Below are positions 53,673-62,644 of a stretch of DNA of 64,000 nt, piece by piece. A model generated the notes under the pieces. That model had not been told where the DNA came from, did not search any database, and saw only the letters and a list, made by a program, of their open reading frames with translations. This DNA comes from Candidatus Puniceispirillales bacterium (GTDB taxonomy: Bacteria > Pseudomonadota > Alphaproteobacteria > Puniceispirillales > UBA1172), in assembly GCA_049889655.1 (NCBI GenBank), contig JBMHCY010000003.1, positions 1,915 to 65,914 on the forward strand, written 5' to 3'. Both the position numbers and the translations under genes were made by a program. Within the stretch, counting starts at the first letter, position 1; each line of letters begins with the position of its first letter.

Positions 53673-54770
53673 ATGGCTGACAACAGTTTCGGCACACTCT
53701 TCCGGTTCACCACTTTCGGTGAAAGCCACGGCCCCGCCATCGGGGCGATCGTCGATGGTGTGCCGCCGCAGATCAGCCTCTCGGAAGAGGATATCCAGCC
53801 CTGGCTCGATGAACGCAAGCCTGGTACATCCCGCTTTGTTACCCAGCGCAAGGAAGCCGACAAGGTGCGGATTCTTTCGGGCGTGTTCGAGGGCGTGACC
53901 ACCGGGACACCGATCATGCTGATGATCGAAAACACCGACCAGCGGTCCAAGGATTACGGCGAGATCGCCAATACCTACCGCCCCGGCCATGCCGATTACA
54001 CCTATATGGCCAAATACGGGATCCGTGATTATCGCGGCGGCGGCCGCTCATCGGCCCGGGAAACCGCCTCGCGTGTTGCCGCAGGGGCGATCGCCCGCAA
54101 GGTGCTTGAACACCGGCTCGGCAAAGCTGTGCTGATCCGCGGCACGGTCAGCCAGATCGGCCCCCACCGCATGGATCACAGCCGCATGGATTGGAACCAG
54201 CGCAACAAGAACCCGTTCTTCGCCACCGACCCCGAGATTGTCCCCGTCTGGGAGACATTTCTTGATGAAACACGCAAAGCCGGGTCTTCGGCCGGGGCAG
54301 TGATTGAGATCGTCGCCGAGGGTATCCCGGCAGGGCTTGGCGGGCCGATCTATGGCAAGCTCGATGCTGATCTGGCCTCGGCCATGATGTCGATCAACGC
54401 GGTCAAGGGCGTTGAGATTGGCAGCGGTTTTGATCTCGCCCATATCCCCGGGGTCGAAGCCGGCGATGAGATGCGGCTTGATGATGATGGCAAGCCCCGG
54501 TTTTCATCCAATCATGCTGGCGGCGTGCTCGGTGGCATTTCCAGCGGCCAGCCGGTTGTCTGCCGGTTTGTTGTCAAGCCCACCAGTTCAATCCTGACAC
54601 CGCGCCAGACTGTTACCGAAGATGGCCGTGAGACCGATGTTGTCACCAAGGGTCGCCATGACCCGTGTGTCGGCATCCGGGCGGTGCCGATCGGTGAAGC
54701 GATGATGGCGATCGTGCTGGCTGACCAGCTGATGCGGCATGAGGCGCAGTGTGGGACGCTCAAGGCCTGA
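53673..54770 (+). CDS. aroC: Chorismate synthase
   Basis: Motifs are [17 protein letters not shown] and GRHDPCVG. Confidence 0.93.
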   Translation: MADNSFGTLFRFTTFGESHGPAIGAIVDGVPPQISLSEEDIQPWLDERKPGTSRFVTQRKEADKVRILSGVFEGVTTGTPIMLMIENTDQRSKDYGEIANTYRPGHADYTYMAKYGIRDYRGGGRSSARETASRVAAGAIARKVLEHRLGKAVLIRGTVSQIGPHRMDHSRMDWNQRNKNPFFATDPEIVPVWETFLDETRKAGSSAGAVIEIVAEGIPAGLGGPIYGKLDADLASAMMSINAVKGVEIGSGFDLAHIPGVEAGDEMRLDDDGKPRFSSNHAGGVLGGISSGQPVVCRFVVKPTSSILTPRQTVTEDGRETDVVTKGRHDPCVGIRAVPIGEAMMAIVLADQLMRHEAQCGTLKA

Positions 54771-55521
54771 CGGCGACGATGATGAATTCTCTGTTGCCTT
54801 CCGGCCCGGTGATGGGTGACGGCACGACCCCGCGCACCGGCCAACCCATTTCTGTTTCAAGCCAGGTTCGGATCTCATCCTGCACCGCCTGATGCAGCAG
54901 CGGATCACGGACAACACCGCCCTTGCCCACCTGACCCTTACCGACCTCAAACTGAGGCTTGATCAGCGCCGCCAGCACCGCGCCCTCGCGGGCAAACCCC
55001 ATGGCTGCGGGCAAAACCTTTTTCAGCGAGATGAACGACGCATCACAGACAACCGCATTGACGAGCTCGGGGATATGGTCAGCGGTCAGGTGGCGGGCAT
55101 TGGTGCGTTCCAGCACCACGACACGATCGTCATTTCGTAATGACCATGCCAGCTGCCCGTGGCCGACATCCACCGCATAGACACGCCCTGCACCGGCACA
55201 CAACAGCACATCGGTAAAGCCTCCGGTGGAGGCCCCGACATCAATCGCCACCGCCCCGGCCAGATCAAGATCACTGAAATGGTCAAGCGCTGCCGCCAGT
55301 TTCAGCCCGCCGCGCGAAACATAAGGGTGATCCTTGCCCTTGACCGAAAGCGGGATATCCGCCGGGTATTTGACCCCGGCCTTTTCGAGTTTCTTTTCAT
55401 CGGAATAGACAAGCCCGGCGATGATCAACGCCTGGGCCTTTTCGCGGCTTTCAGCAAGCCCGCGCTGGTGAACAAGCACATCAAGCCGCTCGCGTGGCGG
55501 TTTCTTCCCCCCCTCGGCCAT
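54760..55521 (-). CDS. tlyA: TlyA-family rRNA 2'-O-methyltransferase (S4 plus FtsJ domains)
   Basis: The S4 region is [11 protein letters not shown] and the SAM motif is [16 protein letters not shown]. The 3' end overlaps the aroC 3' end by 11 nt. Confidence 0.85.
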   Translation of the reverse strand: MAEGGKKPPRERLDVLVHQRGLAESREKAQALIIAGLVYSDEKKLEKAGVKYPADIPLSVKGKDHPYVSRGGLKLAAALDHFSDLDLAGAVAIDVGASTGGFTDVLLCAGAGRVYAVDVGHGQLAWSLRNDDRVVVLERTNARHLTADHIPELVNAVVCDASFISLKKVLPAAMGFAREGAVLAALIKPQFEVGKGQVGKGGVVRDPLLHQAVQDEIRTWLETEMGWPVRGVVPSPITGPEGNREFIIVAVRP

Positions 55522-55529
55522 GGCTGTGC

Positions 55530-57446
55530 CTAGCCTTCGCGTGCCTTGATCACCTGCGCCGGATCAAGGGCGATCAACGGCGCGGCGGTGGCAACAATGG
55601 CCTCGGCATCAAGGGCGGATTCGGCCAGTTGCTGGTCCTGGCTGTTATGGTTGATGAGCCGGTCAGGCAGGGTCATCACCCGGATCGTCAGGCCGCGGTC
55701 GATCAGCCCGGCATTGGCCAGATACTGCATGACATGGGCGGCAAACCCGCCGGCACTGCCTTCTTCGACCAGAATGAGGCTGTCATGGTCACGGGCCAGC
55801 CGGTCGATCAGATCAGTATCGATCGGCTTGGCGAAGCGGGCATCAGCAACGGTGATCGAGGCCCCTGAACCGGCAAGGTGTTCAGCGGCGGCAAGGGCGG
55901 CGTGCAGGCGTGTTCCCAGCGACAGCACCGCCAGCCGTTCACCTTCACGAACAACACGCCCCTTGCCGATTTCCATCAGCGGCGCGGTATCAGGGATCGG
56001 GCAGCCGATGCCCTCACCGCGCGGATACCGGAACGCCGACGGGCCTTCATCATAGGCAGCGGCAGTCGCCACCGCGCTCATCAGCTCGGCTTCATCGGAC
56101 GGGGCCATCACCACCATCCCGGGCAGGCAACACAGATAGGCGAGATCATAGGCCCCGGCATGGGTCGCCCCGTCAGCCCCCACCAGACCGGCGCGGTCAA
56201 TCGCAAACCGGACAGGCAGATTCTGCAAGGCAACATCGTGGACAAGCTGATCATAACCCCGCTGCAGGAAGGTCGAATAGATCGCGGCAAAGGGTTTCAT
56301 GCCCTCTGTCGCCAGCCCGGCCGCAAAGGTCACGGCGTGCTGTTCGGCAATCCCGACATCGAAACTGCGCGAGGGGAAGCGTTCAGCGAATTTATCAATC
56401 CCCGTCCCCGACGGCATGGCGGCGGTGACAGCAACGATCCCCGGGTCCTTTTCGGCTTCCCGGATCAACTGGCTGGTGAAAGCCGCGGTGTAGCTCATGG
56501 CGTTGGCGACAGGCTTTTTCTGCTCGCCGGTGATGACATCAAATTTCGGCACGGCATGGTATTTCTCGCCACTTTCCTTGCCGAACGGATGGCCGCGCCC
56601 CTTTTCGGTGACGACATGCAGCAGAACCGGACCCCGGTTGGGGCCATCACGCAGGTTTTTGAGGATCGGCAGCAGGGTTTCCAGATCATGGCCATCAACC
56701 GGACCGATATAGAAAAACCCAAGCTGCGAGAAAATCGTGCTGCCGCCGACAATACCGCGGGCCATTTCTTCGGCACGCTTGGCGGTGCGTTCAATTTCTG
56801 CCGGAAAACGACTGGCAACCTGCTTCGCCAATTCGCGGATTGAATGAAACGGCCGCGAGGAGATCAACTGGCTCAGATAGGTGCTGAGCGCCCCTACTGC
56901 TGGGCCGATCGACATATCGTTATCGTTGAGGATGACCACCATCCGCGATTTCATCGACCCGGCATTGTTCATCGCTTCATAGGCCATGCCGGCGCTCATC
57001 GCCCCATCACCGATCACCGAGATAACGTTGAAATCATCACCTTTGAGATCACGGGCAACCGCCATACCGAGACCGGCGGAAATCGAGGTCGAGGAATGCC
57101 CGGCCCCGAAAGGATCAAACGGGCTTTCATCGCGCTTGGTGAAGCCGGAAAGCCCCTGCGGCTGGCGCAGGGTTTCAATGCGGTCACGGCGACCGGTCAG
57201 AATCTTGTGCGGATAGGCCTGGTGGCCGACATCCCAGATCAGTTTGTCTTTTGGCGTGTTGAAGACGTAATGCAGGGCGACAGTCAGCTCGACGACGCCA
57301 AGACCCGCCCCGAGATGCCCCCCGGTGCGCGATACAGCCGCAATGGTGGCAGCCCGCAATTCATCCGCAACGGCACTGAGACTGGCCTCAGGCAACTGCC
57401 TCAGTTCTTCCGGCGTCGGGGCCTTGTCGAGATGTGGCGTCTTCAT
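55530..57446 (-). CDS. dxs: 1-deoxy-D-xylulose-5-phosphate synthase
   Basis: The TPP motif is [28 protein letters not shown] is also present. The protein is 638 aa. Confidence 0.94.
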   Translation of the reverse strand: MKTPHLDKAPTPEELRQLPEASLSAVADELRAATIAAVSRTGGHLGAGLGVVELTVALHYVFNTPKDKLIWDVGHQAYPHKILTGRRDRIETLRQPQGLSGFTKRDESPFDPFGAGHSSTSISAGLGMAVARDLKGDDFNVISVIGDGAMSAGMAYEAMNNAGSMKSRMVVILNDNDMSIGPAVGALSTYLSQLISSRPFHSIRELAKQVASRFPAEIERTAKRAEEMARGIVGGSTIFSQLGFFYIGPVDGHDLETLLPILKNLRDGPNRGPVLLHVVTEKGRGHPFGKESGEKYHAVPKFDVITGEQKKPVANAMSYTAAFTSQLIREAEKDPGIVAVTAAMPSGTGIDKFAERFPSRSFDVGIAEQHAVTFAAGLATEGMKPFAAIYSTFLQRGYDQLVHDVALQNLPVRFAIDRAGLVGADGATHAGAYDLAYLCCLPGMVVMAPSDEAELMSAVATAAAYDEGPSAFRYPRGEGIGCPIPDTAPLMEIGKGRVVREGERLAVLSLGTRLHAALAAAEHLAGSGASITVADARFAKPIDTDLIDRLARDHDSLILVEEGSAGGFAAHVMQYLANAGLIDRGLTIRVMTLPDRLINHNSQDQQLAESALDAEAIVATAAPLIALDPAQVIKAREG

Positions 57447-57481
57447 CAGTTCTTCTCTTCGCAGCAGGAGCAGAAATGCTC

Positions 57482-58393
57482 CTAATATTGCCGCCTTATA
57501 ATAAAACTGGAGAGTTCTAGCATATAGTCAAGCCATGGGGTAGCAGAACCCGCCGCTTTTCGCAGCACAGCGTTGCCTTCATCAATCAGCCGCCGGGCTT
57601 CATTTTCGGCTGCATCAGCCCCCATGATGGTCACAACACTGGCCTTGCCGACATTGGCATCACGCCCCGTCGGCTTGCCCATATCCGCAGCGGAAGACTG
57701 GCGGTCAAGCAGGTCATCAGCGATCTGGAAAGCCAGGCCGATCGCCTCGGACCAGGCCTCAAGAGCCTTGAGCATGGTTTCATCGGCACCGCCGAAAACC
57801 CCGCCGGCACGCGCCGAAGCCCGGATCAGCGCACCGGTCTTGAGCGCCTGCATCCGGGTGGTTTCATCGAGATCAAAAAGCCTGGTTTCGGCTTCAAGAT
57901 CAAGCATTTGCCCCCCGGCCATCCCCATAACGCCCGACGCCCCGGCAAGGGTTTCAACGAGCCGTGCCCGCACCCCCGCATCAGGATGGGTATCTTCAGC
58001 CGAAAGCAGCGTGAAAGCCAGCGTCTGCAGCGCATCCCCGGCCAGGATCGCCGTGGCCTCGTCAAACTGGATATGACAGGCCGGTTTGCCGCGGCGCAGA
58101 TCAGCATCATCCATCGCGGGCAGATCATCATGGATCAGCGAATAGGCGTGCAGGCATTCAAAGGCAGCGGCAACACGCAGCGCGCCATTACCTGCATCAC
58201 GGCCGAGGGCCAGCCGCGCCGCACCCAGCACCAACCCGGCGCGGACACGTTTGCCGCCATCAAGAGCCGACCAGGCCATCGCTTCGACAAGACGGGTCGC
58301 TGCCGCCTGCCCCCGCAGATCGTCAAATATCGCGGCAAGGCATTCTTCAGTCGCCGCGGCATCGGCAATAAGCTGGGGGGGAAGTGCGGTCAT
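57482..58393 (-). CDS. ispA: Farnesyl-diphosphate (polyprenyl) synthase
   Basis: The first Asp-rich motif is [17 protein letters not shown] and the second is FQIADDLLD. Confidence 0.9.
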   Translation of the reverse strand: MTALPPQLIADAAATEECLAAIFDDLRGQAAATRLVEAMAWSALDGGKRVRAGLVLGAARLALGRDAGNGALRVAAAFECLHAYSLIHDDLPAMDDADLRRGKPACHIQFDEATAILAGDALQTLAFTLLSAEDTHPDAGVRARLVETLAGASGVMGMAGGQMLDLEAETRLFDLDETTRMQALKTGALIRASARAGGVFGGADETMLKALEAWSEAIGLAFQIADDLLDRQSSAADMGKPTGRDANVGKASVVTIMGADAAENEARRLIDEGNAVLRKAAGSATPWLDYMLELSSFIIRRQY

Positions 58394-58642
58394 TCAGGCA
58401 TCATCGGCATCAAAAGGCGCGGTTCCCTCAGGGGTTGAAGAGGCCCGGGCCGCACGAATTTTTTCGACCTTGAGCCGGGCTTCATCGAGCCTGTCCTGGC
58501 ATTGCTTGCGGAGCGCCGAGCCACGTTCATAGGCGGCGACAGCATCATCAAGGGAGACTTCCCCCCGTTCGAGCTGGTTCACGATCCCCTCAAGTTGCGC
58601 CAGCGCTTCTTCAAAGGTGAGCGGCTTTTCGTTCTCAGTCAT
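58394..58642 (-). CDS. xseB: Exodeoxyribonuclease VII small subunit
   Basis: 82 aa containing FEEALAQLEGIVNQLERGEVSLDD. The stop abuts the ispA start. Confidence 0.88.
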   Translation of the reverse strand: MTENEKPLTFEEALAQLEGIVNQLERGEVSLDDAVAAYERGSALRKQCQDRLDEARLKVEKIRAARASSTPEGTAPFDADDA

Positions 58643-59114
58643 TGTCCTGCCTGTTCGGGTTGTTGATCATCATGGCGAAAGATTTCACCATACCGCTAAT
58701 CTGCCTACGGAACTGCCGATCTTCAATCGAATAATAGGATCGCACCAACTCGAGCGTCTCCCGGCGGGCCATCGGATCGGCTTCCTGCTGGCTTTCGCGC
58801 GTGGCCGCAACACCGCTGCTGACACGCCGCGGTGAGAGCGATCGGGTCTCCTTCGTCATGTCCTCAAAGAAATAGCCGATATCAACATCGAGGATCTGGC
58901 TGATATCCCAGAGCCGTGATGCGCTGACCCGGTTGGCCCCGCGCTCGTATTTCTGCACCTGCTGAAAGGTGATCTCCAGCGCCCGCCCGAGTTGTTCCTG
59001 GCTCATCCCCAGCAGCGTCCGGCGTTTGCGGATGCGGCTGCCGACATGAACATCAATGGCGTTATGATTGGTTATTCTGAAATTGCGGTCGTTGGTCTCG
59101 TTATCGCGGGCCAT
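58635..59114 (-). CDS. XRE-family helix-turn-helix transcriptional regulator
   Basis: The HTH is LGMSQEQLGRALEITFQQVQKYERGANR. The stop overlaps the xseB start by 8 nt. Confidence 0.8.
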   Translation of the reverse strand: MARDNETNDRNFRITNHNAIDVHVGSRIRKRRTLLGMSQEQLGRALEITFQQVQKYERGANRVSASRLWDISQILDVDIGYFFEDMTKETRSLSPRRVSSGVAATRESQQEADPMARRETLELVRSYYSIEDRQFRRQISGMVKSFAMMINNPNRQDND

Positions 59115-59181
59115 CACAAAAAATCACAGTTCAATTCCCGGTTGTATTCAATATGGGGCTTGCTGCAGCCTCAGGCAAGCC

Positions 59182-60144
59182 TCAACGCCTTTGGCTGACC
59201 TTTTCCGCCATTGTTGCCATCGCCGAGATCAGGCCTTTCAGCACGCCGGGCTCAAAGGCGGAATGACCGGCATCATCAACCATGCGTAATTCCGCCCCCG
59301 GCCAGGCCTTGGCCAGATCAGAGGCCGTATGGGGCGGGCAGATCACATCATGACGCCCCTGGATGATGATCCCCGGTATCTCGGCAAGATTTTCCATGTT
59401 GTCGAGGATATAGCCGTCCTCGAGAAAGCAACCATGGAGAAAGTAATGGGCTTCGAGCCGGGCAAGGCTAAGCGCCATGCGGCCACCGCCGGTGCGGATT
59501 TCGGCACGCAGCGTTGCACAGGAATTCTCATAACCCGACCATTGCTCCGCCGCCGGGATTGAGATTGACGGGCTCGGGTCGAGCAGTCGCCGCCCATAGG
59601 CCTTGAGCAAATCACCACGCTCGGCTTCCGGCAGGAAATGCACGAACCTGTCCCAGGCTTCGGGATAGAACTTTTCCATGCCGTAGAGGAACCAGTCGAT
59701 TTCCTGCCGCGTGCCGAGGAAAATACCCCGCAGAACCAGCCCGAGCACACGGTCGGGGTGATTGATCGCGTAGGCAAGCCCGAGGGTTGACCCCCATGAG
59801 CCACCGAAAATGATCCAGCTGTCGATATCGAAACGCTTCCGGATCAATTCCATATCGTCAATCAGCGTCCAGGTCGTGTTGGCCTCGACACTGCCAAAGG
59901 GGCGGGACTGGCCTGACCCCCGCTGATCAAACAGGATGACGCGAAAAAGGCTTGGATCAAACAGCCTGCGATGGGTGGCCGTGATCCCGGAGCCGGGCCC
60001 GCCATGCAGAAAGACCACCGGAATGCCCTCGGGGTTGCCGCAATCCTCAACATAGAGATTATGGCCATCAGTGGTTTCAACACGATGAGTCGCACGGGGG
60101 ATGACCGGCGGAAACAGTGTGGAATCTTCGGAAACCGACCGCAT
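59182..60144 (-). CDS. pip: Prolyl aminopeptidase (proline iminopeptidase)
   Basis: Motifs are LHGGPGSG and the nucleophile elbow GGSWGSTL. The start is 6 nt after the rpoH stop. Confidence 0.88.
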   Translation of the reverse strand: MRSVSEDSTLFPPVIPRATHRVETTDGHNLYVEDCGNPEGIPVVFLHGGPGSGITATHRRLFDPSLFRVILFDQRGSGQSRPFGSVEANTTWTLIDDMELIRKRFDIDSWIIFGGSWGSTLGLAYAINHPDRVLGLVLRGIFLGTRQEIDWFLYGMEKFYPEAWDRFVHFLPEAERGDLLKAYGRRLLDPSPSISIPAAEQWSGYENSCATLRAEIRTGGGRMALSLARLEAHYFLHGCFLEDGYILDNMENLAEIPGIIIQGRHDVICPPHTASDLAKAWPGAELRMVDDAGHSAFEPGVLKGLISAMATMAEKVSQRR

Positions 60145-60150
60145 CAGCCG

Positions 60151-61029
60151 TCAGGTTACATAGGGGATATCGCCAAGATCCTCGACACGGGTTTCAAGGT
60201 TTGCACGTATCTTCTTCATGGCGCGGGCTTCGAGCTGGCGCACACGTTCCTTGCTGACTCCAAAATCACGCCCCAGTTCATCCAGCGTGGCCCCGTCCTC
60301 TTCCAGACGGCGGCGCATGATGATTGTCTTCTCCCGCGGGGAGAGATCATCAAGAGCTTCGGCGAGCCATTGCGACAGCGTTGCCGCATCACGCGAGGTG
60401 CAGACAGATTGTTCCGGCGTCGGCCGATCATCGACAATGAAATCCTGGGCGGCGTTTTCGCTGTTTTCACCCACCGTGGCATTGAGCGAGGAATCAACAC
60501 CGGAAAGACGCTGTTCCATATGCGAGACATCACCCAGCGACACACCGATCTGATCAGCGATCATCTGGCGGCCTTCATCGGTCAGCGCACCGCCATCGAC
60601 TTCACCGATACGGGCACGCAGACGGCGCAATTTGAAAAACAGGGATTTATGAGCCGAGGTGGTTCCCGTCCGGACAATCGACCAGTTGCGGAGAACGAAA
60701 TCCTGGATCGATGCACGGATCCACCAGACAGAATAGGTTGAAAACCGGACTTCACGTTCCGGATCAAAGCGGCTGGCCGCCTGCATGATCCCAATATTGC
60801 CTTCCTGGATAAGATCACCAAGAGGCAGTCCGTAATGCCGGAATTTCGAAGCAATGCTGATCACGAGCCGCGAATAGGCCATCACCAGACGGTGCAGCGC
60901 CTGCTCATCCTGCCGGTCGCGCCAGGCGATCGCAAGATCGAGCTCTTCTTCCCGTTCAAGTAATGATTGCCGCATAATATGCCGAATGTAACGGTTATCG
61001 GCTTTCAGCGTTTCGTTATTGTCATCCAT
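60151..61029 (-). CDS. rpoH: RNA polymerase sigma-32 (heat-shock) factor
   Basis: Region 2 is DLIQEGNIGIMQAASRFDP...YSVWWIRASIQ. The RpoH-box-like segment is AHKSLFFKLRRLR, and a region 4 HTH is present. Confidence 0.9.
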   Translation of the reverse strand: MDDNNETLKADNRYIRHIMRQSLLEREEELDLAIAWRDRQDEQALHRLVMAYSRLVISIASKFRHYGLPLGDLIQEGNIGIMQAASRFDPEREVRFSTYSVWWIRASIQDFVLRNWSIVRTGTTSAHKSLFFKLRRLRARIGEVDGGALTDEGRQMIADQIGVSLGDVSHMEQRLSGVDSSLNATVGENSENAAQDFIVDDRPTPEQSVCTSRDAATLSQWLAEALDDLSPREKTIIMRRRLEEDGATLDELGRDFGVSKERVRQLEARAMKKIRANLETRVEDLGDIPYVT

Positions 61030-61152
61030 CCCAAAAACTCCCCATGGGTGGAGTGATGTTTTTATTATTGTCTTTTCCCACTCATGGTAACAGATGGATC
61101 TACTGTCAAAGGGTTCAACCCCTGCCTGACATTTTTTTTAATATTTTATTAA

Positions 61153-61665
61153 TCAGGCGACATCCATCAGTTTTTCCAGTTTAACAGCTGCTGCATCCTG
61201 GTCAATCTTTTCGATGGCGGCAAATTCGCGGGCAAGACGCTCAAGCGCAGCCTGATACATCTGGCGCTCGCTGTAGGACTGTTCGACCTGAGTGTTTTTC
61301 TTGCGCAGGTCACGGACAACCTCGGCGATCGATACCGGATCACCGGAACGGATCTTGTCATCATATTGCTTGGCACGCTTGGACCACATATCACGGCGGA
61401 TACGCGCCTTGCCCTTGAGCGTGGTGATGGCTTCATCCATCTGCTTGCGCGAGGACAGGGTACGAAGCCCCAGGCTGCGGGCCTTTTCCAGCGGCACACG
61501 GAGGGTCATTCTGTCCTGCTCAAAACGCACGACAAGCATATCAATCTTGTGCCCGGCAACCGTGTTGGCCTCGGTGCCGAGGATGCGACCGACACCGTGG
61601 GTCGGATAGACGACGAAATCATCGGCGCTGAATTCGGTATCTTGATTGGCTTTCTGTTTGGCCAT
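61153..61665 (-). CDS. carD: CarD/CdnL-family RNA-polymerase-binding transcription factor
   Basis: The start is MAKQKANQD and the Tudor-like N-terminus is FVVYPTHGVGRILG. The protein is 170 aa. Confidence 0.88.
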   Translation of the reverse strand: MAKQKANQDTEFSADDFVVYPTHGVGRILGTEANTVAGHKIDMLVVRFEQDRMTLRVPLEKARSLGLRTLSSRKQMDEAITTLKGKARIRRDMWSKRAKQYDDKIRSGDPVSIAEVVRDLRKKNTQVEQSYSERQMYQAALERLAREFAAIEKIDQDAAAVKLEKLMDVA

Positions 61666-61671
61666 GATTGA

Positions 61672-61717
61672 TCCTCTTTTTTCGAAAAAAGAGACCTGCC
61701 GATGGTGAACCATCGGC
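61672..61717 (-). promoter_or_regulatory. Two hairpins in the carD leader: an AU-rich stem covering the SD, and a GC stem with flanking U/A runs
   Basis: The minus-strand RNA reads GCCGAUGG-uuca-CCAUCGGC, then aggU-CUCUUUUUU-cg-AAAAAAGAG-GAucaaucAUG. The AAGAGGA Shine-Dalgarno lies inside the second stem. Confidence 0.45.
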
Positions 61718-61787
61718 GCTCTTTTTTGCATTTTTTGCGAGCAACGGAAAATTATCAGCCCTACGCTGATCTCCGGCGTAAGCATTA

Positions 61788-61816
61788 ATATAGCACAAAA
61801 ACGCAACTTTGACCAG
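61788..61816 (-). promoter_or_regulatory. Candidate carD promoter
   Basis: The minus strand reads CTGGTC, 17 nt, then CTATAT, compared with the alphaproteobacterial CTTGAC-N17-CTATAT consensus as I recall it. It would give a leader of about 115 nt. Confidence 0.3.
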
Positions 61817-61823
61817 TGGAGTG

Positions 61824-61846
61824 GCCAAAAAGCATCAAAATGATGC
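61824..61846 (-). terminator. Weak terminator-like hairpin after fdxA
   Basis: The minus strand reads GCAUCA-uuu-UGAUGC followed by UUUUUGG, starting 1 nt after the fdxA stop. The stem is only 6 bp. Confidence 0.35.
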
Positions 61847-61847
61847 G

Positions 61848-62186
61848 TCAGGCACCCTTTCCGGGGGCTTTTGAGAAATATTTTTCAAACTTGCCCTCGA
61901 CATCCCGAAATTCATCCGCATCGGCTGGCGGGTCGATCTGGCGGGCGATATTCGGCCAGATGGCGGCCATCTCGGCATTCAGTTTGAGCCATGGCTCAGC
62001 ACCCGGATCAGTATCGGGGAGGATCGCCTCGACCGGGCATTCCGGCTCGCAGACACCGCAATCAATGCACTCATCGGGATCGATGACGAGCATGTTTTCA
62101 CCTTCATAGAAACAATCGACAGGGCATACTTCAACACAGTCGGTGTATTTGCAGCGGATGCAATTGTCATTGACGATATAGGTCAC
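61848..62186 (-). CDS. fdxA: 7Fe ferredoxin ([3Fe-4S][4Fe-4S])
   Basis: A GTG start gives (M)[25 protein letters not shown] ... [12 protein letters not shown]. The protein is 112 aa. Confidence 0.9.
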   Translation of the reverse strand: MTYIVNDNCIRCKYTDCVEVCPVDCFYEGENMLVIDPDECIDCGVCEPECPVEAILPDTDPGAEPWLKLNAEMAAIWPNIARQIDPPADADEFRDVEGKFEKYFSKAPGKGA

Positions 62187-62260
62187 GGTGGAACTCCCTT
62201 CGGCACACGGCGTCAGCGCAGTATTCCTACCGCAAGGGCCGGGCTTCTGCAAGCGTGGTT

Positions 62261-62644
62261 TTAGCCCTTGAGACGATCGGTCAGGCGGCGCTCACGTTTT
62301 GTGGGCCGGCCGCTTCCCGAGGGCCGCTTCTCAAAGCTGGGGGGCCGGTCTGCCGCGGTTGAACGGCGAGATTCCGGCGGTGCCAGATCATCATAAAGCA
62401 ACCGGGCTTCCGGGGCCGGGCCACGGCGCACCGCAAGCGCCAGCACCTTGATCACCCGGATATCCTCGCCCTTGGCAAAGGTCAGCACATGGCCAGGGCG
62501 GATCTGCCGGTGGGGTTTTGCCATCGGCTCACCATCAAGCCGCAGCCTGCCGCCTGCCACACAGCGCGTCGCATCGGCCCGGGTCTTGAAGAACCGGGCG
62601 CACCAGAGCCATTTGTCGATCCGCATGGTATCGGGATCAGCCAT
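62261..62644 (-). CDS. S4-domain RNA-binding protein (Hsp15/HslR-like)
   Basis: [19 protein letters not shown] matches the Hsp15 N-terminal S4 motif. The start is ambiguous between 62626, 62644 and 62659. Confidence 0.8.
   Translation of the reverse strand: MADPDTMRIDKWLWCARFFKTRADATRCVAGGRLRLDGEPMAKPHRQIRPGHVLTFAKGEDIRVIKVLALAVRRGPAPEARLLYDDLAPPESRRSTAADRPPSFEKRPSGSGRPTKRERRLTDRLKG

Noticed and set aside
61101-61140. Hairpin GTCAAAGGG-ttcaa-CCCCTGCCTGAC followed by a T-run on the plus strand, considered as a terminator
   Set aside because: Both flanking genes are on the minus strand, where the hairpin is preceded by the A/T run, not followed by it. The stem is also imperfect. It is more likely promoter-region AT-rich DNA for rpoH.
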